This document shows, piece by piece, positions 16,662-25,333 of a stretch of 55,962 bases of DNA (positions within the stretch are counted from its first letter, which is position 1; each line of letters starts with the position of its first letter). This DNA comes from a virus. A program made the translations under genes and the position numbers. Below the pieces are notes generated by a model. The model made no database searches. It had not been told where the DNA came from and worked only from the letters and a program-made list of their open reading frames with translations. The DNA lies in the IMG/VR virus record IMGVR_UViG_3300012850_000001, one strand, 5' to 3'.

Positions 16662-17470
16662 TGTCCTGGTTCAAGGTCGACGACAAGCTCTGGGGCCACC
16701 CGAAGTGGCTCGCCACCCCGCCCCGTGCCCGGGCGCTGTGGATCACTGCGGGCTCGTGGTGCGCCGCGCAGGAGCAGGACGGGAAGGTCCCCGTGCACGT
16801 CCTGCCCATGCTCGGCGCCTCGAAGGCCGACGCACTCGCGTTGGTCGCTTCGGGCCTCTGGGAGGACGGCGAGAACGGGTGGGTGTTTCACGGTTGGGCA
16901 GAGTTCCAGCCGACGCGTGCGCAGCAGGACGAGAAGCGCGAGGCCGCCCGTGAGCGCATGCGCAAGGCACGCGAACGTCGCGCGAACGAGTCCGAGAACG
17001 AGCACGACGGTTCGGAGGGTGTTCGCGCGAACAGCGAGCGAACTTCGCGCGGTGTTCGCTCTACCCCGACCCGACCCGACCCGACCCCTAAGTCAGAACC
17101 TGACGGTTCTGACGTGTCGCCAGCCCGTGCCGATGTCGAGGCGCTCTGCCTGCACCTCGCGGACCGCATCGAGGCCAACGGCTCCACGAGGCCGACGATC
17201 ACCAAGGGCTGGCGTGACGCGGCCCGGCGGATGCTTGACATCGACGGCCGCACCCCGGAGCAGGTGGTGCGGGCGATCGACTGGTGCCAGGACGACGACT
17301 TCTGGCGCGGCAACGTCCTGTCGATGCCGAAGCTGCGCGAGAAGTACGACCAGATGCGCCTGCAGGCGGCCCGCACGGAGCCCCGTTCAACGGACCGGCA
17401 GGGCGACCTCCTGCGCCGCGAGTACGAGCGCATCAACTCTCAACCGCAGACCCTGCAGATCGGAGCCTGA
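16661..17470 (+). CDS. Putative replication initiation/organizer protein.
   Basis: N-terminal MSWFKVDDKLWGHPKW winged-helix-like region as in phage replisome organizers. Basic/acidic central linker. Position upstream of SSB and DnaB. Confidence 0.45.
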   Translation: MSWFKVDDKLWGHPKWLATPPRARALWITAGSWCAAQEQDGKVPVHVLPMLGASKADALALVASGLWEDGENGWVFHGWAEFQPTRAQQDEKREAARERMRKARERRANESENEHDGSEGVRANSERTSRGVRSTPTRPDPTPKSEPDGSDVSPARADVEALCLHLADRIEANGSTRPTITKGWRDAARRMLDIDGRTPEQVVRAIDWCQDDDFWRGNVLSMPKLREKYDQMRLQAARTEPRSTDRQGDLLRREYERINSQPQTLQIGA

Positions 17471-17473
17471 CCG

Positions 17474-17827
17474 GTGGACACGAACCAAGCATTCGAGCTC
17501 ATCGTGCGACTGAACCGCGCCGGCCTACTGCTCGCTGTCGAAGGTCAGGCGGAAGTCTGGGCGGACGCACTGGACGACGTCGAGTTCGACGAAGCGCAGG
17601 TCGCGGTGAGGGCGCTCGTGAAGGCCCGCAGCGGTGCGGAGCGGTGGGTGACGCCCGGTGATGTTCGGGCCGGTGTGCGTGACATCCGTAGGGCGAGACT
17701 CGCGGCAGCCGGGCCGGTCCTTCCGGACGTGGACCCGGACGACGTGGCCGCGTATCAGGCGCGGCGTCGTGAGCTCGTGGCGCAGGTCGCGTCCGGGCGG
17801 ATCTCACCTACCCAGATCGGAGCGTGA
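17474..17827 (+). CDS. Hypothetical protein.
   Basis: GC3-rich ORF, GTG start after GGAG. Confidence 0.6.
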   Translation: MDTNQAFELIVRLNRAGLLLAVEGQAEVWADALDDVEFDEAQVAVRALVKARSGAERWVTPGDVRAGVRDIRRARLAAAGPVLPDVDPDDVAAYQARRRELVAQVASGRISPTQIGA

Positions 17828-17830
17828 TCC

Positions 17831-18289
17831 ATGTCTGGCGAGACGACCATCACGGTCATCGGGAACCTGACTGGTGACCCGGAACTGCGCTTTACCCCGA
17901 GCGGCCAGGCGGTCGCGAACTTCACCGTCGCGAGTACGCCGCGGGTGTTCGACAAGGCGAAGAACGAGTGGGTCGACGGTGACACGCTGTTCATGCGCTG
18001 CTCGATCTGGCGGGAGGCGGCGGAGTCGGTCGCTGAGTCGCTGACGAAGGGCACCCGGGTCATCGTGACGGGGCAGCTGGTGCAGCGGTCGTACGAGAAG
18101 GACGGCGAGAAGCGGACCGTCGTCGAGCTCAAGGCCGACGAGGTGGGCCCGTCGCTCAAGTACGCCACGGCCCGCGTCACCCGCACTCAGCGCGGTACCG
18201 CACCGGCCGGTCAGTCGCGCGGCGTCCAGGACTCCGACCCGTGGGCGTCCTCGGGCTCGGGGTCGTACTCGGACGAGCCTCCGTTCTGA
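17831..18289 (+). CDS. ssb: Single-stranded DNA-binding protein.
   Basis: OB-fold N-terminus [27 protein letters not shown]. Acidic tail ending DEPPF. Confidence 0.95.
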   Translation: MSGETTITVIGNLTGDPELRFTPSGQAVANFTVASTPRVFDKAKNEWVDGDTLFMRCSIWREAAESVAESLTKGTRVIVTGQLVQRSYEKDGEKRTVVELKADEVGPSLKYATARVTRTQRGTAPAGQSRGVQDSDPWASSGSGSYSDEPPF

Positions 18290-18291
18290 CC

Positions 18292-19239
18292 ATGAGGAGC
18301 CGGTACAGCAACGAGGAGATCATCGCCGCCTACAAGGCGACCGGATCCGTCTGGGCGGCTGGGAAGGCTCTTGGGATGGCCGGCCAGACCATCCACAAGA
18401 AGTTGACCGCACTCGGCTACCCCATGGCGCATGCCGCCTGGACTGACGACGAGATTGCCGAACTTGCCTCGCTCACCGAGGCGGGGGTCCGCATCGGTGA
18501 GATAGCCGACAGGCTCGGCCGGTCCTACGCCGCCGTGGCGGTTCGGGCCAGCCGAGCAGGCCTGAAGTCGGCAGCGCCGCGAGAACGGAAGGTCCCTCGC
18601 GGCGCTGGGTACGACAAGGTGTCCACGCTCCGAAACATGAAAGAGCTCGAGTCGTGCGACCTGGGTGTGACCCGGTTCGCTCGAGCGAAGGGGCTCCGGG
18701 TCGACAACCTCGTCCTGGCACTGCAGAAGCACTGTCCTGAGCGTTTGGAGGCGTACACGCGGACGCACAGCACGATCCCCGAGAAGGTCTGCGCCTACTG
18801 CGGGGGGACGTTCTTTCCCGCCAATGGCAAGCAGCGCTTCTGCGGTCGCAAGTGTCAGTCGACGTCGCGGTCCGACGCGGACTACTTCGGTGGCCGGCGC
18901 CGGGAGACGGTCGGGCTCGCGGAGGCGACCTGCCAGCTCTGTGGTCGCCAGGGCGTTCCTGGCTTGTCGTCGCACCACGTGTTCGGCAAGGAGAACGACC
19001 CGGACAACAACATGCTCGTTGCCCTCTGCCGTGGTTGCCACAAGGTCATCACGATCCTCGGCGGCCGTTACTTCACCGACGACGAGACGTCTTGGGAGTC
19101 ACTCATCTCTCTTGCGTGGCTTCGGAAGCACGGTGACCTGTACGCCGCTGGGCAGATGGAGGGGCTGTCGCTGCGAGTGTCTGTTGAGCTCGAGGTCTAT
19201 GCCGCAGACGAGGTGGATGAGTTGCCGACTTCCGCCTGA
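18292..19239 (+). CDS. HNH endonuclease with N-terminal HTH repeats.
   Basis: CAYCGG...CQLCGR...SSHHVFGKENDPDNNMLVALCRGCH, and two HTH-like segments. Confidence 0.8.
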   Translation: MRSRYSNEEIIAAYKATGSVWAAGKALGMAGQTIHKKLTALGYPMAHAAWTDDEIAELASLTEAGVRIGEIADRLGRSYAAVAVRASRAGLKSAAPRERKVPRGAGYDKVSTLRNMKELESCDLGVTRFARAKGLRVDNLVLALQKHCPERLEAYTRTHSTIPEKVCAYCGGTFFPANGKQRFCGRKCQSTSRSDADYFGGRRRETVGLAEATCQLCGRQGVPGLSSHHVFGKENDPDNNMLVALCRGCHKVITILGGRYFTDDETSWESLISLAWLRKHGDLYAAGQMEGLSLRVSVELEVYAADEVDELPTSA

Positions 19240-19363
19240 CCTCGTCGCTCGCGGATCACGGTCCGTGAGGTGACTTCACCCGCTGACTTGGCTGAGGTGG
19301 CGTAACTTCCGGCCGGATTCTGTGTCACAACGGGGAACATTGGGGTACTGTATTCCTCGTAAG

Positions 19364-19427
19364 GCGATGGGTCGCCTCAACCGCCAAGTTCGAAGAACCG
19401 ACCCTTCGCTCCAACCGGTGTGAAGGG
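19364..19427 (+). promoter_or_regulatory. Structured element copy 2. It has an 11-bp stem with a conserved 24-nt loop and an alternative hairpin that sequesters the SD.
   Basis: GCGATGGGTCG (19364-19374) pairs with CGACCCTTCGC (19399-19409) with one mismatch. The loop is CCTCAACCGCCAAGTTCGAAGAAC. CCCTTC (19402-19407) pairs with GAAGGG (19422-19427). Confidence 0.6.
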
Positions 19428-19436
19428 CATGGACCC

Positions 19437-19616
19437 ATGAAGCTGATGTGGAAGCGGAAGGCTGCTCGCAGGGACGCGAACGGCATCACCGACGAGACGT
19501 ACCTGCAGGCCGCTGCGACGGCCGCCCAGACCGAGCCCGCGATGACCGAGGACGACCTGCTGGTGTTCCCGATCGTGTGCGGGATCCTTCGGGACTCGCG
19601 GCCGGCGGCAGCCTGA
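19437..19616 (+). CDS. Hypothetical small protein (59 aa), below the track cutoff.
   Basis: GAAGGG lies 9 nt before the ATG. GC3-rich. TGATG-coupled to the next gene. Confidence 0.55.
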   Translation: MKLMWKRKAARRDANGITDETYLQAAATAAQTEPAMTEDDLLVFPIVCGILRDSRPAAA

Positions 19617-20017
19617 TGGGCCCCAACAAGCGCGGATCGTTCCAGGACTGCGACCTGACGGACCACGCCGCTCCGCGGCGCACGGTGTTCGAGTCGGCGC
19701 GGGCCGCCGGGCGCTCGGAGGCGTGCGCGGTCCACCAGCACATGTCGATGACGTCGGCGTGCACGTGCGCGACGTCCGTGCCCGACTCGCGTCGCAAGGG
19801 CCGCCCGGCGTGGCGGCGCGTTAACGCCGCCGACGAGTCGATCACCTCCGCGGAGCTCGCGGCACGCCAGCAGGCGCCGAACGGCAAGGCGTCGCTCCGT
19901 GAGGTCGTCCTCGACCTTCACGCGATGCCCCTGGGGCGTCACGGTCACCTGCCGCAGTCCGCGGTCATCGCGAACGCGAACGCCTGGCGGAACGAGTACC
20001 CCCGGGCCCTCGCATGA
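19616..20017 (+). CDS. Hypothetical protein.
   Basis: GC3-rich frame of track ORF 19448..20017, starting at the coupled ATG. Confidence 0.6.
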   Translation: MGPNKRGSFQDCDLTDHAAPRRTVFESARAAGRSEACAVHQHMSMTSACTCATSVPDSRRKGRPAWRRVNAADESITSAELAARQQAPNGKASLREVVLDLHAMPLGRHGHLPQSAVIANANAWRNEYPRALA

Positions 20018-20259
20018 GTATCGACTACCAGGACGCCCTGCGCACCCAACACTACGAGGAGTCCCGCGAGCCCGTCGGGATCATCGACGAGCACCAGTTC
20101 AGTGCCGTCCACGGCCCGGCCGGATTCTTCGCGGCACGGTGTGACTGCGGCGTCGAGTTCGTGTCCCGCGAAGCCCGCGGCATCGACGAGCAGCACGAGG
20201 CACACCTCGAGCGGGTCCTCGACGAGGCTGAGGCCGACCTGTTCGGTGACGACGCGTGA
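20014..20259 (+). CDS. Hypothetical protein.
   Basis: ATGA-coupled ORF. Confidence 0.6.
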   Translation: MSIDYQDALRTQHYEESREPVGIIDEHQFSAVHGPAGFFAARCDCGVEFVSREARGIDEQHEAHLERVLDEAEADLFGDDA

Positions 20260-20738
20260 CCGGCCGATACGCGGAGGGGACCGCTGTCTCCCCGGAGCGT
20301 TCGCAGGCGGAGATTGCCGAGCTGCTGCGCCGGTACGGCGCGACGGGCTACACCTACGGGTGGGACGAGGGCGCTAACGGTGTGCAGCGTGCGGCGATCG
20401 CTTTCAAGGCGCACGGTCGCATGGTCCGCTTTCTCGTCGACCTGCCCGACCCGGCCGCGAAGGAGTTCTGGCGCACGGAGACGGGACGGCAGCGTGACCG
20501 CGCCGGCGCCGTGAAGGCCCACGAGGGCGAACTGCGGCGCCGCTGGCGCTGTCTCGCCCTGGCGATCAAGGCGAAGCTCGAGGCCGTCGAGACGGGGATC
20601 GCGACGTTCGAGGACGAGTTCCTCGCGTACACGGTCCTGCCGGACGGGTCCACGGTCAGCGACCAGGTGCAGCGTCAGATCGAGGACGCGTGGAAGGCCG
20701 GCGGCCAGCCTCCACGTCTGCAGATCGGCGGCGCCTGA
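20256..20738 (+). CDS. Hypothetical protein.
   Basis: GTGA-coupled ORF, GC3-rich. Confidence 0.65.
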   Translation: MTGRYAEGTAVSPERSQAEIAELLRRYGATGYTYGWDEGANGVQRAAIAFKAHGRMVRFLVDLPDPAAKEFWRTETGRQRDRAGAVKAHEGELRRRWRCLALAIKAKLEAVETGIATFEDEFLAYTVLPDGSTVSDQVQRQIEDAWKAGGQPPRLQIGGA

Positions 20739-20881
20739 TGGCGACCGTTCATCGCCCGGTCTTGGAGGACTGCGGCCCACCGTGGGGCAACGCCCTGGTG
20801 TGCGAGCGGGACAACCAGGACTGGCCGTGCGATCACGAGCTCGACCTACGCCGCGAGCCACCATCGACTGAGGAGAAGTGA
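20738..20881 (+). CDS. Hypothetical small protein (47 aa).
   Basis: TGATG-coupled. In the frame of track ORF 20690..20881. Confidence 0.45.
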   Translation: MATVHRPVLEDCGPPWGNALVCERDNQDWPCDHELDLRREPPSTEEK

Positions 20882-21438
20882 TGACCCGCGTTCTGCAGTA
20901 CGCGAAGACGACCGACCCGGATGTGCTTGCTGCCGTCGCGGAAGGCGAACGGATCCGGCTCGAGTTCAACCAGGCTGCGCTCGCCTTCGCCGAGAAGCAC
21001 GCCTCGCCCGGCGACGAGCCGACGGCCATCGTCGACCACTTCGCCGGCTCGCGCCGCGTCGTCGGCATCCACTCCACGGAGAAGCCGACGTCTGGCCGCT
21101 GGACCCGCGGCTACAGCGGCCGCGGGTGGCGCCCGTACAAGAGCAACGCGGCCTACGACGAGATGGCTGCGCTGCACCGGCGCGCTCCTGAGGTGCCCGG
21201 CGCTCCGACGATGGTCGATGGCGAGTACCGCAGCGACGGCTCGCACATGTCCTACTTCCCGGCCGTCTTCGCGGTGGACGGGGCCGCGTACTTCGGGATG
21301 GGCGGGCTGCCGGCGAAGGAGCAGCACGGCCGTGACGCCGAGGTCGGGCCGCAGTGGACCGAGATCCTCGGCAGCGAGTTCATGGCCGCGAAGGAAGCCT
21401 GCGAGGCCCAGCGTCGGACGAAGGGGGCGGGCAAGTGA
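20881..21438 (+). CDS. Hypothetical protein.
   Basis: GGAG 6 nt before the ATG. GTG 20878 is an alternative start. Confidence 0.65.
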   Translation: MTRVLQYAKTTDPDVLAAVAEGERIRLEFNQAALAFAEKHASPGDEPTAIVDHFAGSRRVVGIHSTEKPTSGRWTRGYSGRGWRPYKSNAAYDEMAALHRRAPEVPGAPTMVDGEYRSDGSHMSYFPAVFAVDGAAYFGMGGLPAKEQHGRDAEVGPQWTEILGSEFMAAKEACEAQRRTKGAGK

Positions 21439-21665
21439 GCGACGAGTACACGCCGAGCGTGGACGACCTGCGCATGGGCTGGGCGGACCTGCGATCCGGT
21501 AGCACCGAGGATGTCCCGCTTGCATTCGCCGAGTTCGACCGCGCGCTGGCTGCCGAGAAGGAGAAGGCGTGGGACGAGGGGTACAGGGCTGCCGTCGCGG
21601 ATGAGCGATACGACGTTGACAGCCCTTGGCCCAACCCCTATTACCGAGCGAAGGTGCAGCAGTGA
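21435..21665 (+). CDS. Hypothetical protein.
   Basis: GTGA-coupled ORF. Confidence 0.55.
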   Translation: MSDEYTPSVDDLRMGWADLRSGSTEDVPLAFAEFDRALAAEKEKAWDEGYRAAVADERYDVDSPWPNPYYRAKVQQ

Positions 21666-22147
21666 GCGACGACCAGCAGCGGGAGGCGGTGGCGCGGGTG
21701 CTGCGTGAGCATGCGTCGTGCTACCTCGGCGCGATGACCCTTCGTTGCGGGGTCTCGGTCAGAGACGTGCCGTTGGAGGCCGATGGTGTCTCGTTCGCAC
21801 AATCGCACCAGGCCGAGCGCGTTGTCGCTGTCCTGGCCGCTCTCGCCCCGGTGCAGCCGGAGCCGACCGGGTACGCCTGCGAGGAGTGCGACTATGGGAC
21901 CGCGCACGTCGGCCTAGCGGAAGCCCACGCGCTCGACGCGAACCACAACCTGACCCGCCACGTCGCGGTGCAGCCGGACCCGCTGAGGGCCGGGGTGGAG
22001 GCACTGGTCGAGCACGCCGCGGACATCATCCGGGCGAGCGCACCAGGCAAGACCGCGGCTCGGCTCATCGAGACGGGTGACCAGCGGCTCATCACGATCG
22101 CGGACCTCCGCGCACTCCTGGCCGAGACGGAGGCCGACCGTGGCTGA
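21662..22147 (+). CDS. Hypothetical protein with a C2H2-like zinc-finger segment.
   Basis: YACEECDYGTAHVGLAEAHALDANH. Confidence 0.6.
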   Translation: MSDDQQREAVARVLREHASCYLGAMTLRCGVSVRDVPLEADGVSFAQSHQAERVVAVLAALAPVQPEPTGYACEECDYGTAHVGLAEAHALDANHNLTRHVAVQPDPLRAGVEALVEHAADIIRASAPGKTAARLIETGDQRLITIADLRALLAETEADRG

Positions 22148-22331
22148 GCGACGCCTGCCGATCCGCTGCCCCGAACACGTCGCGACCCCCGGTAAGGAGT
22201 GGTGGCAGCAGCCCGAGTGTGGATGGTTCCTCGCCCAGCCCTGGCACCGGACCTACGGCACACAGAACGGGACCATCCACGAGTGGGGCGGCATCTGCAA
22301 GCGCCACGGAGAAGTGAGGGACGGGACATGA
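22140..22331 (+). CDS. Hypothetical small Cys-containing protein.
   Basis: GGAGG lies before GTG 22140. 8-nt overlap with the upstream gene. Confidence 0.5.
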   Translation: MAERRLPIRCPEHVATPGKEWWQQPECGWFLAQPWHRTYGTQNGTIHEWGGICKRHGEVRDGT

Positions 22332-23017
22332 CCGAGCGCCTGACCGACGAGCGGCTCACGGAGATCCGGACACGGCTGGGTGCGGCGACACCAGGACCGT
22401 GGCACTGGCGCAACACCCAAGAGGTCTACCTCGTGGGTGCCCAGACGCGCATCGTCATGGCCTTCGAGCGCATGGGGATGCAGGGTGCACAGCCGAGCTT
22501 CCGGGACAGCGACAACCTGCTCTGGCCCGCCGGCCGGGAGAATCTGAACGCCATCCCCGACGCCACGCTGATCGCACACGCACCGGCCGACATCGCGGAC
22601 CTGCTCGCGGAGGTCGAGCGCCTGCGACGCGCCACGACCACGCTCGACAGGACCGCCGACGAGCTGGCCGGGGACGTGCTGCGGGCGGTGGGTGAGCGGG
22701 ACGAGTGGAAGGCCCGTTGGAAGGCCACCGTCGAGGACGCACAGACCGCACGCAACGAGCGCGACGAGGCTCGGGACAAGTTCGCCGCACAGGTCACCGT
22801 CGCCAACGGGTACTACGCCGAGTGGCAGAAGGCTCGGGACGCGGTGGAGGCCGTGCTCGCGGTGCACCGGCCACTGAACAACCTCGGCTCGCCGCCCTGT
22901 GCGGTCTGCCTGATCGAGACGGGCGACGACGAGCCGGGGCTGGCGCCGTGGCCCTGTGAGACCGTGCGCGCGATCACCGCTACCGGGTACGTGACCAACC
23001 CGAAGGATTCCGTGTGA
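22328..23017 (+). CDS. Ead/Ea22-like protein.
   Basis: N-terminal DERLTEIRTRLGAATPGPWHW signature typical of the family. Coiled-coil centre. Confidence 0.55.
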   Translation: MTERLTDERLTEIRTRLGAATPGPWHWRNTQEVYLVGAQTRIVMAFERMGMQGAQPSFRDSDNLLWPAGRENLNAIPDATLIAHAPADIADLLAEVERLRRATTTLDRTADELAGDVLRAVGERDEWKARWKATVEDAQTARNERDEARDKFAAQVTVANGYYAEWQKARDAVEAVLAVHRPLNNLGSPPCAVCLIETGDDEPGLAPWPCETVRAITATGYVTNPKDSV

Positions 23018-24297
23018 CGACTGAACTGCCCCACGACCTTGACGCCGAACGCGCCGTGCTCGGCGCAGCCCTCACCTCCGCTGCGGCGCTGGCTGAGGTG
23101 ACCGGCATCGTCACGGGCGCCGACTTCTACAAGCCCGCCCACGAAGCCACCTGGGCTGCTGTCGTGGCCTTGCACGACCAAGGCCGACCGGTCGACACGA
23201 TCACCGTCGTGGCCCGCATGCAGGAAGACGGCACCCTGCACCGGTTCGGTGGACCGCTCGCCGTGCACGACCTCGCAGCCTCCGTTATCACCGCCGCGAA
23301 CGCCGGGTACCACGCCCGCATCGTCCTCGAGCATGCTGCGCGCCGTCGCCTCATCGCCGCCGGCACCCGCATCGTCCAGGTCGCGTCCGGCGCCGAAGCC
23401 ACCACCAGCGACCTGGTCGCGACCGCCCTCGACGAGCTCACAGCCGCGGCCCGACCAACGCGCCTCGACACTCCCACTCTCGTCGAGCAGGTCAACGCCG
23501 CGATCGACGCGATCGAGACGTCCCAGTCGTGCGGGTGGAACTGGCCCTGGACCGACGTGCGCCGCGTCCTCGTCCCGCCAGCACCGGGCAACTTCGTGCT
23601 GTTCGCCGCGCGACCAGGCGTCGGGAAGTCCGTGACCCTCATCGACCTGGCCCGGCACATCGCGATCCACTGCAACCTGCCCGTCGTCCTGCACACGCTC
23701 GAGATGTCAGCCACGGAGGTGATCCACCGAATCGTGGCCGCTGAGGAGCGGATCCCCCTAGACCACATCAAGCAGAACACCCTCACCGACGACGAGTGGG
23801 GCCGGGTTGCCGCCGCGGTGCAGAAGATCGTCTCCTCACCCCTTGTCATCGTCGACGATCCCACCGCCGGTGTACCTGAGGTCCGGGCATCCATCCGCAC
23901 CCACAGGCCGGCCGCGGTCCTCTTCGACTACTTCCAGCTCGGACGCACCAACCCGGCCGTGAAGGACCGCCGGCAGGCCCTCGAGGAGATGTCCCGAGGG
24001 TTCAAGCTCCTCGCGAAGGAGGAGCAGGTTCCCGTGATCGCGGCGGCCCAGGTGAACCGCAAGTCCCAGGACCGCACCACGAAGGTCCCGATGCTGTCCG
24101 ACCTACGCGAGACCGGGTCACTCGAGCAGGACTGCGACACCGCCGTCATGATCCACCGCGAAGACGTCGAGGAACCCGAGTGCGAGCGTGCGGGCGAGGT
24201 CGACATGATCGTCGCGAAGCAACGCCACGGCGGACAGGGCCGGGCGGTCCTGGTCCACCAGCTGCACTACTCCCGGTTCGTCGACATGGCCGCATGA
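23014..24297 (+). CDS. dnaB: DnaB-like replicative helicase.
   Basis: N-terminal DLDAERAVLGAAL, Walker A ARPGVGKS, and downstream DnaB C-terminal motifs. Confidence 0.95.
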   Translation: MTTELPHDLDAERAVLGAALTSAAALAEVTGIVTGADFYKPAHEATWAAVVALHDQGRPVDTITVVARMQEDGTLHRFGGPLAVHDLAASVITAANAGYHARIVLEHAARRRLIAAGTRIVQVASGAEATTSDLVATALDELTAAARPTRLDTPTLVEQVNAAIDAIETSQSCGWNWPWTDVRRVLVPPAPGNFVLFAARPGVGKSVTLIDLARHIAIHCNLPVVLHTLEMSATEVIHRIVAAEERIPLDHIKQNTLTDDEWGRVAAAVQKIVSSPLVIVDDPTAGVPEVRASIRTHRPAAVLFDYFQLGRTNPAVKDRRQALEEMSRGFKLLAKEEQVPVIAAAQVNRKSQDRTTKVPMLSDLRETGSLEQDCDTAVMIHREDVEEPECERAGEVDMIVAKQRHGGQGRAVLVHQLHYSRFVDMAA

Positions 24298-24316
24298 CCA
24301 ACGAGAGGATGCACGG

Positions 24317-24670
24317 ATGAGTGACCTGACAACGTTCCTGCTGGAGCGGATCACGGAGGACGAGACGGTGGCGCGGAAGGCCACGCCGGTCTCGTGGGCC
24401 ATCGTCGATCCGCCGGCCGATTCGGTCAGCCTCGAGACCATCGTCGGCACCGGCCTGGCCTACAACCGTGACGCCGCGAGGCACATCGTGCGGTGGGACC
24501 CGGACCGCGTCCTGGCCGAGTGCGAGGCGAAGCGGCGGATCTTGGCGCACTGCGGGAGTGGGTTGGCCTACGGCTCGTTCGGGGAGAGTCTCCTGGGCGA
24601 GACCGTGCTACGTCTCATTGCGCTGCCCTACGCCGACCACCCGGACTACCAGGAGGACTGGCGGCTGTAG
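24317..24670 (+). CDS. DUF6221-like protein.
   Basis: FLLERITEDETVARKA...HIVRWDPDRVLAECEAKRRIL...ALPYADHPDYQEDWR. Confidence 0.6.
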   Translation: MSDLTTFLLERITEDETVARKATPVSWAIVDPPADSVSLETIVGTGLAYNRDAARHIVRWDPDRVLAECEAKRRILAHCGSGLAYGSFGESLLGETVLRLIALPYADHPDYQEDWRL

Positions 24671-24690
24671 CCGACACAGGGCCGCGCTCG

Positions 24691-24696
24691 TACACT
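24691..24696 (+). promoter_or_regulatory. -10-like hexamer TACACT, 6 nt before ATG 24703 (candidate leaderless promoter).
   Basis: TACACT cgttcg ATG with no SD. The 10-mer ACACTCGTTC recurs before the tRNA at 25030. Confidence 0.45.
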
Positions 24697-24702
24697 CGTT
24701 CG

Positions 24703-24972
24703 ATGCCGTGCCCGCCTGACGCCCACTACGCGACGTGGCTCGTGAACCTCACAGAGAACCCACCAGGGCAGCAGGTCCTTGAGCCGCGCCGCCGCGCGAT
24801 CGCGACCGGCGAGCTCTACGACGGGCGCCCCGTCCGACTGCCGGTCTGGGCGGTGGCGCGTGCGCGGGGCTGGGTGTGCGTGGAGCAGAAGGTCGACATA
24901 CACCGGACGTGGCTCGCCTGGCTACCAGCGGGCCAAGTGAGGCCAGTTGTGCACAGCGAACCGGGTGAATAG
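24703..24972 (+). CDS. Hypothetical protein.
   Basis: In the frame of track ORF 24493..24972, from the ATG after the -10-like hexamer. Confidence 0.55.
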   Translation: MPCPPDAHYATWLVNLTENPPGQQVLEPRRRAIATGELYDGRPVRLPVWAVARARGWVCVEQKVDIHRTWLAWLPAGQVRPVVHSEPGE

Positions 24973-25043
24973 TGACGTGAGTTTCCACAGGGGGGCGGAA
25001 CGCGTTGCTACTGGCTGCGGTGCCGTAGGACACTCGTTCTAGT

Positions 25044-25117
25044 GCCCCTGTAGCTCAGAGGATAGAGCGCACTTCTGGCGAAGGTTGAGGTCGCGGGTTC
25101 GAGTCCCGCCAGGGGCA
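25044..25117 (+). tRNA. tRNA-like gene with an Arg-type body and a non-canonical anticodon arm. Isotype unresolved; the best 7-nt loop gives anticodon GGC.
   Basis: Acceptor GCCCCTG/CAGGGGC, D arm GCTC-AGAGGATA-GAGC, T arm GCGGG-TTCGAGT-CCCGC. The anticodon region CACTTCTGGCGAAGGTTG is one nt too long for a standard arm. Confidence 0.7.
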
Positions 25118-25171
25118 CAAGAGAGCGAGAGGCCCCGGGACGTCCATCCCGGGGCCTCTCCTGTCTCTTGT
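25117..25171. terminator. Long hairpin after the tRNA-like gene (candidate bidirectional terminator).
   Basis: ACAAGAGA-gc-GAGAGGCCCCGGGA-cgtcca-TCCCGGGGCCTCTC-ctg-TCTCTTGT. Confidence 0.7.
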
Positions 25172-25181
25172 GAGGACATTA

Positions 25182-25231
25182 CGCCCTGCTCTCAAGAGCG
25201 CACTTCTGGCGTCTCCAATACTGCAAGGTTG
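25182..25231 (+). pseudogene. Degenerate partial duplicate of the tRNA 5' half and anticodon arm, with a 13-nt insertion.
   Basis: AGAGCGCACTTCTGGCG (25195-25211) is identical to 25064-25080. TCTCCAATACTGC is then inserted, followed by AAGGTTG (25225-25231), which equals 25081-25087. Confidence 0.6.
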
Positions 25232-25321
25232 CTTGACAACCGTCAACTGCCCTGCGTAGCCATGTACGTCACTCTCGGGTGAATCTGTCCGTTCGGCCAC
25301 CTCACCCGGTCCAAGCTCTCG

Positions 25322-25327
25322 TACGCT
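25322..25327 (+). promoter_or_regulatory. -10-like hexamer TACGCT, 6 nt before ATG 25334 (candidate leaderless promoter).
   Basis: CTCGTACGCTTGTTCGATGC parallels CTCGTACACTCGTTCGATGC at 24687. An exact TTGACA lies at 25233-25238 further upstream. Confidence 0.45.
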
Positions 25328-25333
25328 TGTTCG

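Noticed and set aside
17452-17827. Three proteins end in a similar C-terminal motif: LQIGA at 17470, TQIGA at 17827 and LQIGGA at 20738. This suggested a shared degron or interaction tail.
   Set aside because: In the first two cases the codons ATC-GGA-GC(C/G)-TGA embed a GGAG ribosome-binding site 6-9 nt before the next start. The conservation is more simply explained by translational coupling. The third copy differs at the DNA level.
24986-25006. GTTTCCACAGGGGGGCGGAAC, which looks like a CRISPR repeat or small hairpin upstream of the tRNA-like gene.
   Set aside because: It is a single copy in the window and forms only a weak imperfect hairpin. There is no array.
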